Under the pieces are notes generated by a model, which searched no databases, was not told the DNA's origin, and saw nothing but the letters and a program-made list of their open reading frames with translations. The translations under genes were made by a program, and so were the position numbers. DNA of 64,000 nt, taken from assembly GCF_009914755.1 (NCBI RefSeq), contig NC_060929.1; one strand, given 5' to 3'. Positions 39,401 through 51,527 of this stretch are shown piece after piece. Numbering within the stretch: the first letter of the stretch is position 1; each line of letters opens with the position of its first letter. This stretch comes from the human T2T-CHM13v2.0 reference genome, Homo sapiens.

Positions 39401-42400
39401 TGTAAAGTCTGCAAGTGGATATTCAGACCTCTTTGAGGCCTTCGTTGGAAACGGGTTTTTTTCATATAAGGCTAGACAGAAGAATTCCCAGTAACTTCCT
39501 TGTGTTGTGTGTGTTCAACTCACAGAGTTGAACTTTCATTTACACAGAGCAGATTTGAAACACTCTTTTTGTGGAATTTGCAAGTGGAGATTTCAAGCGC
39601 TTTGAGGCCAAAGGCAGAAAAGGAAATATCTTCGTATAAAAACTAGACAGAATCATTCTCAGAAACTGCTCTGCGATGTGTGCGTTCAACTCTCAGAGTT
39701 TAACTTTTCTTTTCATTCAGCAGTTTGGAAACACTCTGTTTCTAAAGTCTGCACGTGGATATTTTGACCACTTAGAGGCCTTCGTTGGAAACGGGTTTTT
39801 TTCCTGTAAGGCTAGACAGAAGAATTCCCAGTAACTTCCTTGTGTTGTGTACATTCAACTCACAGAGTTGAACGTTCCCTTAGACAGAGCAGATTTGAAA
39901 CACTCTTTTTGTGCAATTGGCAAGTGGAGATTTCAAGCGCTTTAAGGTCAATGGCAGAAAAGGAAATATCTTCGTTTCAAAACTAGACAGAATCATTCCC
40001 ACAAACTGCGTTGTGATGTGTTCGTTCATCTCACAGAGTTTAACCTTTCTTTTCATAGAGCAGTTAGGAAACAGTCTGTTTGTAAATTCTGTAAGTGGAT
40101 ATTCTGACATCTTGTGGCCTTCGTTGGAAACGGGATTTCTTCATATTCTGCTAGACAGAAGAATTCTCAGAATCTTCCTTGTGTTGTGTGTATTCAACTC
40201 ACAGAGTTGAACGATGGTTTACACAGAGTAGATTTGAAACACTCTTTTTGTGGAATTTGCAAGTGGAGATTTCAGCCGCTTTGAGGTCAATGGTAGAAAA
40301 GGAAATATCTTCGTATAAAAACTAGACAGAATGATTCTCAGAAACTTCTTTGTGATGTGTGCGTTCAACTCACAGAGTTTAACCTTTCTTTTCATAGAGC
40401 AGTTAGGAAACACTCTGTTTGTAAACTCTGCAAGTGGATATTCAGACCTCTTTGAGGCCTTCGTTGGAAACGGGATTTCTTCATACTGTGCTAGACAGAA
40501 GAATTCTCAGTAACTTCCTTGTGTTGTGTGTATTCAACTCACAGAGTTGACCGATCCTTTACACAGAGCAGACTTGTAACACTCTTTTTGTGGAATTTGC
40601 AAGTGGAGATTTCAAGCGCTGTGAGGCCAAAGGCAGAAAAGGAAATATCTTCGTATAAAAACTAGACAGAATCGTTCTCAGAAACTGCTCTGCGATGTGT
40701 GCGTTCAACTCTCAGAGTTTAACTTTTCTTTTCATTCAGCAGTTTGGAAACACTCTGTTTCTAAAGTCTGCACGTGGATAATTTGACCACTTAGAGGCCT
40801 TCGTTGGAAACGGGTTTTTTTCATGTAAGGCTAGACAGAAGAATTCTCAGTAACTTCCTTGTGTTGTGTGTATTCAACTCACACAGTTGAACGATCCTTT
40901 ACACAAAGCAGACTTGTAACACTCTTTTTGTGGAATTTGCAAGTGGAGATTTCAGCCGCTTTGAAGTCAAATGTAGAAAAGGAAATATCTTCCTATAAAA
41001 ACTAGACAGAATGATTCTCAGAAACTCCTTTGTGATGTGTGCGTTCAACTCACAGAGTTTAACCTTTCTTTTCATAGAGCAGTTAGGAAACACTCTGTTT
41101 GTAAAGTCTGCAAGTGGATATTCAGACCTGTTTGAGGCCTTCGTTGGAAACGGGTTTTTTTCATATAAGGCTAGACAGAAGAATTCCCAGTAACTTCCTT
41201 GTGTTGTGTGTGTTCAACTCACAGAGTTGAACTTTCATTTACACAGAGCAGATTTGAAACACTCTTTTTGTGGAATTTGCAAGTGGAGATTTCAAGCGCT
41301 TTGAGGCCAAAGGCAGAAAAGGAAATATCTTCGTATAAAAACTAGACAGAATCATTCTCAGAAACTGCTCTGTGATGTGTGCGTTCAACTCTCAGAGTTT
41401 AACTTTTCTTTTCATTCAGCAGTTTGGAAACACTCTGTTTGTAAAGTCTGCACGTGGATAATTTGACCACTTAGAGGCCTTGGTTGGAAACGGGTTTTTT
41501 TCATGTAAGGCTAGACAGAAGAGTTCTCAGTAACTTCCTTGTGTTGTGTGTATTCAACTCACACAGTTGAACGATCCTTTACAGAGAGCAGACTTGTAAC
41601 ACTCTTTTTGTGGAATTTGCAAGTGGAGATTTCAGCCGCTTTGAAGTCAAAGTAGAAAAGGAAATATCTTCCTATAAAAACTAGACAGAATGATTCTCAG
41701 AAACTCCTTTGTGATGTGTGCGTTCAACTCACAGAGTTTAACCTTTCTTTTCATAGAGCAGTTAGGAAACACTCTGTTTGTAAAGTCTGCAAGTGGATAT
41801 TCAGACCTCTTTGAGGCCTTCGTTGGAAACGGGTTTTTTTCATATAAGGCTAGACAGAAGAATTCCCAGTAACTTCCTTGTGTTGTGTGTGTTCAACTCA
41901 CAGAGTTGAACTTTCATTTACACAGAGCAGATTTGAAACACTCTTTTTGTGGAATTTGCAAGTGGAGATTTCAAGCGCTTTGAGGCCAAAGGCAGAAAAG
42001 GAAATATCTTCGTATAAAAACTAGACAGAATGATTCTCAGAAACTTCTTTGTGATGTGTGCGTTCAACTCACAGAGTTTAACCTTTCTTTTCATAGAGCA
42101 GTTAGGAAACACTCTGTTTGTAAACTCTGCAAGTGGATATTCAGACCTCTTTGAGGCCTTCGTTGGAAACCGGATTTCTTCATACTGTGCTAGACAGAAG
42201 AATTCTCAGTAACTTCCTTGTGTTGTGTGTATTCAACTCACAGAGTTGAACGATCCTTTACACAGAGCAGACTTGGAACACTCTTTTTGTGGAATTTGCA
42301 AGTGGAGATTTCAGCCGCGTTGAGGTCAATGGTAGAAAAGGAAATATCTTCGTATAAAAACTAGACAGAATGATTCTCAGAAACTCCTTTGAGATGTGTG

Positions 42401-42879
42401 TGTTCAACTCACAGAGTTTAACCTTTCTTTTCATAGAGCAGTTAGGAATCACTCTGTTTGTAAAGTCTGCAAGTGGATATTCAGACCTCTTTGAGGCCTT
42501 CGTTGGAAACGGGTTTTTTTCATATAAGGCTAGACAGCAGAATTCCCAGTAACTTCCTTGTGTTGTGTGTGTTCAACTCACAGAGTTGAACTTTGATTTA
42601 CACAGAGTAGATTTGAAACACTCTTTTTGTGGAATTTGCAAGTGGAGATTTCAAGCGCTTTGAGGCCAAAGGCAGAAAAGGAAATATCTTCGTATAAAAA
42701 CTAGACAGAATCATTCTCAGAAACTGCTCTGCGATGTGTGCGTTGAACTCTCAGAGTTTAACTTTTCTTTTCATTCAGCAGTTTGGAAACACTCTGTTTG
42801 TAAAGTCTGCACGTGGATATTTTGACCACTTAGAGGCCTTCGTTGGAAACGGGTTTTTTTCCTGTAAGGCTAGACAGAA
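36425..42879 (+). repeat. Tandem duplication, period 3397 bp (20-mer), with a 339-bp deletion in the second copy (18-mer)
   Basis: ORFs at 36514/39911, 37614/41011 and 38293/41690 are offset by 3397, then 39312/42370 by 3058. Both copies carry the A/B hybrid dimer with GAATCGTTCTC. Confidence 0.88.
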
Positions 42880-45800
42880 GAATTCCCAGTAACTTCCTTG
42901 TGTTGTGTACATTCAACTCACAGAGTTGAACGTTCCCTTAGACAGAGCAGATTTGAAACACTCTTTTTGTGCAATTGGCAAGTGGAGATTTCAAGCGCTT
43001 TAAGGTCAATGGCAGAAAAGGAAATATCTTCGTTTCAAAACTAGACAGAATCATTCCCAAAAACTGCGTTGTGATGTGTTCGTTCATCTCACAGAGTTTA
43101 ACCTTTCTTTTCATAGAGCAGTTAGGAAACACTCTGTTTGTAAATTCTGTAAGTGGATATTCTGACATCTTGTGGCCTTCGTTGGAAACGGGATTTCTTC
43201 ATATTCTGCTAGACAGAAGAATTCTCAGAATCTTCCTTGTGTTGTGTGTATTCAACTCACACAGTTGAACGATGGTTTACAAAGAGCAGATTTGAAACAC
43301 TCTTTTTGTGGAATTTGCAAGTGGAGATTTCAGCCGCTTTGAGGTCAATGGTAGAAAAGGAAATATCTTCGTATAAAAACTAGACAGAATGATTCTCAGA
43401 AACTTCTTTGTGATGTGTGCGTTCAACTCACAGAGTTTAACCTTTCTTTTCATAGAGCAGTTAGGAAACACTCTGTTTGTAAACTCTGCAAGTGGATATT
43501 CAGACCTCTTTGAGGCCTTCGTTGGAAACGGGATTTCTTCATACTGTGCTAGACAGAAGAATTCTCAGTAACTTCCTTGTGTTGTGTGTATTCAACTCAC
43601 AGAGTTGAACGATCCTTTACACAGAGCAGACTTGGAACACTCTTTTTGTGGAATTTGCAAGTGGAGATTTCAGCCGCGTTGAGGTCAATGGTAGAAAAGG
43701 AAATATCTTCGTATAAAAACTAGACAGAATGATTCTCAGAAACTCCTTTGAGATGTGTGTGTTCAACTCACAGAGTTTAACCTTTCTTTTCATAGAGCAG
43801 TTAGGAATCACTCTGTTTGTAAAGTCTGCAAGTGGATATTCAGCCCTCTTTGAGGCCTTCGTTGGAAACGGGTTTTTTTCATATAAGGCTAGACAGAAGA
43901 ATTCCCAGTAACTTCCTTGTGTTGTGTGTGTTCAACTCACAGAGTTGAACTTTCATTTACACAGAGCAGATTTGAAACACTCTTTTTGTGGAATTTGCAA
44001 GTGGAGATTTCAAGCGCTTTGAGGCCAAAGGCAGAAAAGGAAATATCTTCGTATAAAAACTAGACAGAATCATTCTCAGAAACTGCTCTGTGATGTGTGC
44101 GTTCAACTCTCAGAGTTTAACTTTTCTTTTCATTCAGCAGTTTGGAAACACTCTGTTTGTAAAGTCTGCACGTGGATAATTTGACCACTTAGAGGCCTTC
44201 GTTGGAAACGGGTTTTTTTCATGTAAGGCTAGACAGAAGAGTTCTCAGTAACTTCCTTGTGTTGTGTGTATTCAACTCACACAGTTGAACGATCCTTTAC
44301 AGAGAGCAGACTTGTAACACTCTTTTTGTGGAATTTGCAAGTGGAGATTTCAGCCGCTTTGAAGTCAAAGTAGAAAAGGAAATATCTTCCTATAAAAACT
44401 AGACAGAATGATTCTCAGAAACTCCTTTGTGATGTGTGCGTTCAACTCACAGAGTTTAACCTTTCTTTTCATAGAGCAGTTAGGAAACACTCTGTTTGTA
44501 AAGTCTGCAAGTGGATATTCAGACCTCTTTGAGGCCTTCGTTGGAAACGGGTTTTTTTCATATAAGGCTAGACAGAAGAATTCCCAGTAACTTCCTTGGG
44601 TTGTGTGTGTTCAACTCACAGAGTTGAACTTTCATTTACACAGAGCAGATTTGAAACACTCTTTTTGTGGAATTTGCAGGTGGAGATTTCAAGCGCTTTG
44701 AGGCCAAAGGCAGAAAAGGAAATATCTTCGTATAAAAACTAGACAGAATCATTCTCAGAAACTGCTCTGCGATGTGTGCGTTCAACTCTCAGAATTTAAC
44801 TTTTCTTTTCATTCAGCAGTTTGGAAACACTCTGTTTGTAAAGTCTGCACGTGGATAATTTGACCACTTAGAGGCCTTCGTTGGAAACGGGTTTTTTTCA
44901 TGTAAGGCTAGACAGAAGAATTCTCAGTAACTTCCTTGTGTTGTGTGTATTCAACTCACAGATTTGAACGATCCTTTACACAGAGCAGACATGTAACACT
45001 CTTTTTCTGGAATTTGCAAGTGGAGATTTCAGCCGCTTTGAAGTCAAAGGTAGAAAAGGAAATATCTTCCTATAAAAACTAGACAGAATGATTCTCAGAA
45101 ACTCCTTTGTGATGTGTGCGTTCAACTCACAGAGTTTAACCTTTCTTTTCATAGAGCAGTTAGGAAACACTCTGCTTGTAAAGTCTGCAAGTGGATATTC
45201 AGACCTCTTTGAGGCCTTCGTTGGAAACGGGATTTCTTCATACTGTGCTAGACAGAAGAATTCTCAGTAACTTCCTTGTGTTGTGTGTATTCAACTCACA
45301 GAGTTGAACGATCCTTTACACAGAGCAGACTTGGAACACTGTTTTTGTGGAATTTGCAAGTGGAGATTTCAGCCGCGTTGAGGTCAATGGTAGAAAAGGA
45401 AATATCTTCGTATAAAAACTAGACAGAATGATTCTCAGAAACTCCTTTGAGATGTGTGTGTTCAACTCACAGAGTTTAACCTTTCTTTTCATAGAGCAGT
45501 TAGGAATCACTCTGTTTGTAAAGTCTGCAAGTGGATATTCAGACCTCTTTGAGGCCTTCGCTGGAAACGGGTTTTTTTCATATAAGGCTAGACAGAAGAA
45601 TTCCCAGTAACTTCCTTGTGTTGTGTGTGTTCAACTCACAGAGTTGAACTTTGATTTACACAGAGCAGATTTGAAACACTCTTTTTGTGGAATTTGCAAG
45701 TGGAGATTTCAAGCGCTTTGAGGCCAAAGGCAGAAAAGGAAATATCTTCGTATAAAAACTAGACAGAATCATTCTCAGAAACTGCTCTGCGATGTGTGCG

Positions 45801-48800
45801 TTCAACTCTCAGAGTTTAACTTTTCTTTTCATTCAGCAGTTTGGAAACACTCTGTTTGTAAAGTCTGCACGTGGATATTTTGACCACTTAGAGGCCTTCG
45901 TTGGAAACGGGTTTTTTTCCTGTAAGGCTAGACAGAAGAATTCCCAGTAACTTCCTTGTGTTGTGTACATTCAACTCACAGAGTTGAACGTTCCCTTAGA
46001 CAGAGCAGATTTGAAACACTCTTTTTGTGCAATTGGCAAGTGGAGATTTCAAGCGCTTTAAGGTCAATGGCAGAAAAGGAAATATCTTCGTTTCAAAACT
46101 AGACAGAATCATTCCCACAAACTGCGTTGTGATGTGTTCGTTCAACTCACAGAGTTTAACCTTTCTTTTCATAGAGCAGTTAGGAAACAGTCTGTTTGAA
46201 AATTCTGTAAGTGGATATTCTGACATCTTGTGGCCTTCGTTGGAAACGGGATTTCTTCATATTCTGCTAGACAGAAGAATTCTCAGAATCTTCCTTGTGT
46301 TGTGTGTATTCAACTCACAGAGTTGAACGATGGTTTACACAGAGCAGATTTGAAACACTCATTTGGTGGAATTTGCAAGTGGAGATTTCAGCCGCTTTGA
46401 GGTCAATGGTAGAAAAGGAAATATCTTCGTATAACAACTAGACAGAATGATTCTCAGAAACTTCCTTGTGATGTGTGTGTTCAACTCACAGAGTTTAACC
46501 TTTCTTTTCATAGAGTAGTTAGGAAACACTGTGTTTTCAAACTCTGCAAGTGGATATTCAGACCTCTTTGAGGCCTTCGTTGGAAACGGGTTTCTTCATA
46601 CTGTGCTAGACAGAAGAATTCTCAGTAACTTCCTTGTGTTGTGTGTATTCAACTCACAGAGTTGAACGATCCTTTACACAGAGCAGACTTGAAACACTCT
46701 TTTTGTGGAATTTGCAAGTGGAGATTTCAGCCGCGTTGAGGTCAATGGTAGAAAAGGAAATATCTTCGTATAAAAACTAGACAGAATGATTCTCAGAAAC
46801 TCCTTTGTGATGTGTGTGTTCAACTCACAGAGTTTAACATTTCTTTTCATAGAGCAGTTAGGAAACACTCTGTTTGTAAAGTCTGCAAGTGGATATTCAG
46901 ACCTCTTTGAGGCCTTCGTTGGAAACGGGTTTTTTTCATATAAGGCTAGACAGAAGAATTCCCAGTAACTTCCTTGTGTTGTGTGTGTTCAACTCACAGA
47001 GTTGAACTTTCATTTACACAGAGCAGATTTGAAACACTCTTTTTGTGGAATTTGCAAATGGAGATTTCAAGCGCTTTGAGGCCAAAGGCAGAAAAGGAAA
47101 TATCTTCGTATAAAAACTAGACAGAATCATTCTCAGAAACTGCTCTGCGATGTGTGCGTTCAACTCTCAGAGTTTAAGTTTTCTTTTCATTCAGCAGTTT
47201 GGAAACACTCTGTTTGTAAAGTCTGCACGTGGATAATTTGACCACTTAGAGGCCTTCGTTGGAAACGGGTTTTTTTCATGTAAGGCTAGACAGAAGAATT
47301 CTCAGTAACTTCCTTGTGTTGTGTGTATTCAACTCACAGAGTTGAACGATCCTTTACACAGAGCAGACTTGTAACACTCTTTTTGTGGAATTTGCAAGTG
47401 GAGATTTCAGCCGCTTTGAAGTCAAAGGTAGAAAAGGAAATATCTTCCTATAAAAACTAGACAGAATGATTCTCAGAAACTCCTTTGTGATGTGTACGTT
47501 CAACTCACAGAGTTTAACCTTTCTTTTCATAGAGCAGTTAGGAAACACTCTGTTTGTAAAGTCTGCAAGTGGATATTGAGACCTCTTTGAGGCCTTCGTT
47601 GGAAACGGGTTTTTTTTCATATAAGGCTAGACAGAAGGATTCCCAGTAACTTCCTTGTGTTGTGTGTGTTCAACTCACAGAGTTGAACTTTCATTTACAA
47701 AGAGCAGATTTGAAACACTCTTTTTGTGGAATTTGCAAGTGGAGATTTCAAGCGCTTTGAGGCCAAAGGCAGAAAAGGAAATATCTTCGTATAAAAACTA
47801 GACAGAATCATTCTCAGAAACTGCTCTGCGATGTGTGCGTTCAACTCTCAGAGTTTAACTTTTCTTTTCATTCAGCAGTTTGGAAACACTCTGTTTGTAA
47901 AGTCTGCACGTGGATAATTTGACCACTTAGAGGCCTTCGTTGGAAACGGGTTTTTTTCATGTAAGGCTAGACAGAAGAATTCTCAGTAACTTCCTTGTGT
48001 TGTGTGTATTCAACTCACAGAGTTGAACGATCCTTTACACAGAGCAGACTTGTAACACTCTTTTTGTGGAATTTGCAAGTGGAGATTTCAGCCGCTTTGA
48101 AGTCAAAGGTAGAAAAGGAAATATCTTCCTATAAAAACTAGACAGAATGATTCTCAGAAACTCCTTTGTGATGTGTGCGTTCAACTCACAGAGTTTAACC
48201 TTTCTTTTCATAGAGCAGTTAGGAAACACTCTGCTTGTAAAGTCTGCAAGTGGATATTCAGCCCTCTTTGAGGCCTTCGTTGGAAACGGGTTTTTTTCAT
48301 ATAAGGCTAGACAGAAGAATTCCCAGTAACTTCCTTGTGTTGTGTGTGTTCAACTCACAGAGTTGAACTTTGATTTACACAGAGCAGATTTGAAACACTC
48401 TTTTTGTGGAATTTGCAAGTGGAGATTTCAAGCGCTTTGAGGCCAAAGGCAGAAAAGGAAATATCTTCGTATAAAAACTAGACAGAATCATTCTCAGAAA
48501 CTGCTCTGCGATGTGTGCGTTCAACTCTCAGAGTTTAACTTTTCTTTTCATTCAGCAGTTTGGAAACACTCTGTTTGTAAAGTCTGCACGTGGATATTTT
48601 GACCACTTAGAGGCCTTCGTTGGAAACGGGTTTTTTTCCTGTAAGGCTAGACAGAAGAATTCCCAGTAACTTCCTTGTGTTGTGTACATTCAACTCACAG
48701 AGTTGAACGTTCCCTTAGACAGAGCAGATTTGAAACACTCTTTTTGTGCAATTGGCAAGTGGAGATTTCAAGCGCTTTAAGGTCAATGGCAGAAAAGGAA

Positions 48801-51527
48801 ATATCTTCGTTTCAAAACTAGAGAGAATCATTCCCAAAAACTGCGTTGTGATGTGTTCGTTCATCTCACAGAGTTTAACCTTTCTTTTCATAGAGCAGTT
48901 AGGAAACAGTCTGTTTGTAAATTCTGTAAGTGGATATTCTGACATCTTGTGGCCTTCGTTGGAAACGGGATTTCTTCATATTCTGCTAGACAGAAGAATT
49001 CTCAGAATCTTCCTTGTGTTGTGTGTATTCAACTCACAGAGTTGAACGATGGTTTACACAGAGCAGATTTGAAACACTCTTTTTGTGGAATTTGCAAGTG
49101 GAGATTTCAGCCGCTTTGAGGTCAATGGTAGAAAAGGAAATATCTTCGTATAAAAACTAGACAGAATGATTCTCAGAAACTTCTTTGTGATGTGTGCGTT
49201 CAACTCACAGAGTTTAACCTTTCTTTTCATAGAGCAGTTAGGAAACACTCTGTTTGTAAACTCTGCAAGTGGATATTCAGACCTCTTTGAGGCCTTCGTT
49301 GGAAACGGGATTTCTTCATACTGTGCTAGACAGAAGAATTCTCAGTAACTTCCTTGTGTTGTGTGTATTCAACTCACAGAGTTGACCGATCCTTTACACA
49401 GAGCAGACTTGTAACACTCTTTTTGTGGAATTTGCAAGTGGAGATTTCAGCCGCTTTGAAGTCAAAGGTAGAAAAGGGAATATCTTCCTATAAAAACTAG
49501 ACAGAATGATTCTCAGAAACTCCTTTGTGATGTGTGCGTTCAACTCACAGAGTTTAACCTTTCTTTTCATAGAGCAGTTAGGAAACACTCTGTTTCTAAA
49601 GTCTGCAAGTGGATATTCAGACCTCTTTGAGGCCTTCGTTGGAAACGGGTTTTTTTCATATAAGGCTAGAGAGAAGAATTCCCAGTAACTTCCTTGTGTT
49701 GTGTGTGTTCAACTCACAGAGTTGAACTTTCATTTACACAGAGCAGATTTGAAACACTCTTTTTGTGGAATTTGCAAGTGGAGATTTCAAGCGCTGTGAG
49801 GCCAAAGGCAGAAAAGGAAATATCTTCGTATAAAAACTAGACAGAATCATTCTCAGAAACTGCTCTGCGATGTGTGCGTTCAACTCTCAGAGTTTAACTT
49901 TTCTTTTCATTCAGCAGTTTGGAAACACTCTGTTTGTAAAGTCTGCACGTGGATAATTTGACCACTTAGAGGCCTTCGTTGGAAACGGGTTTTTTTCATG
50001 TAAGGCTAGACAGAAGAATTCTCAGTAACTTCCTTGTGTTGTGTGTATTCAACTCACACAGTTGAACGATCCTTTACACAGAGCAGACTTGTAACACTCT
50101 TTTTGTGGAATTTGCAAGTGGAGATTTCAGCCGCTTTGAAGTCAAAGGTAGAAAAGGAAATATCTTCCTATAAAAACTAGACAGAAAGATTCTCAGAAAC
50201 TCCTTTGTGATGTGTGCGTTCAACTCACAGAGTTTAACCTTTCTTTTCATAGAGCAGTTAGGAAACACTCTGTTTGTAAAGTCTGCAAGTGGATATTCAG
50301 ACCTCTTTGAGGCCTTCGTTGGAAACGGGTTTTTTTCATATAAGGCTAGACAGAAGAATTCCCAGTAACTTCCTTGTGTTGTGTGTGTTCAACTGACAGA
50401 GTTGAACTTTCATTTACACAGAGCAGATTTGAAACACTCTTTTTGTGGAATTTGCAAGTGGAGATTTCAAGCGCTTTGAGGCCAAAGGCAGAAAAGGAAA
50501 TATCTTCGCATAAAAACTAGACAGAATCATTCTCAGAAACTGCTCTGTGATGTGTGCGTTCAACTCTCAGAGTTTAACTTTTCTTTTCATTCAGCAGTTT
50601 GGAAACACTCTGTTTGTAAAGTCTGCACGTGGATAATTTGACCACTTAGAGGCCTTCGTTGGAAACGGGTTTTTTTCATGTAAGGCTAGACAGAAGAGTT
50701 CTCAGTAACTTCCTTGTGTTGTGTGTATTCAACTCACACAGTTGAACGATCCTTTACAGAGAGCAGACTTGTAACACTCTTTTTGTGGAATTTGCAAGTG
50801 GAGATTTCAGCCGCTTTGAAGTCAAAGTAGAAAAGGAAATATCTTCCTATAAAAACTAGACAGAATGATTCTCAGAAACTCCTTTGTGATGTGTGCGTTC
50901 AACTCACAGAGTTTAACCTTTCTTTTCATAGAGCAGTTAGGAAACACTCTGTTTGTAAAGTCTGCAAGTGGATATTCAGACCTCTTTGAGGCCTTCGTTG
51001 GAAACGGGTTTTTTTCATATAAGGCTAGACAGAAGAATTCCCAGTAACTTCCTTGTGTTGTGTGTGTTCAACTCACAGAGTTGAACTTTCATTTACACAG
51101 AGCAGATTTGAAACACTCTTTTTGTGGAATTTGCAGGTGGAGATTTCAAGCGCTTTGAGGCCAAAGGCAGAAAAGGAAATATCTTCGTATAAAAACTAGA
51201 CAGAATCATTCTCAGAAACTGCTCTGCGATGTGTGCGTTCAACTCTCAGAGTTTAACTTTTCTTTTCATTCAGCAGTTTGGAAACACTCTGTTTGTAAAG
51301 TCTGCACGTGGATAATTTGACCACTTAGAGGCCTTCGTTGGAAACGGGTTTTTTTCATGTAAGGCTAGACAGAAGAATTCTCAGTAACTTCCTTGTGTTG
51401 TGTGTATTCAACTCACAGAGTTGAACGATCCTTTACACAGAGCAGACTTGTAACACTCTTTTTGTGGAATTTGCAAGTGGAGATTTCAGCCGCTTTGAAG
51501 TCAAAGGTAGAAAAGGAAATATCTTCT

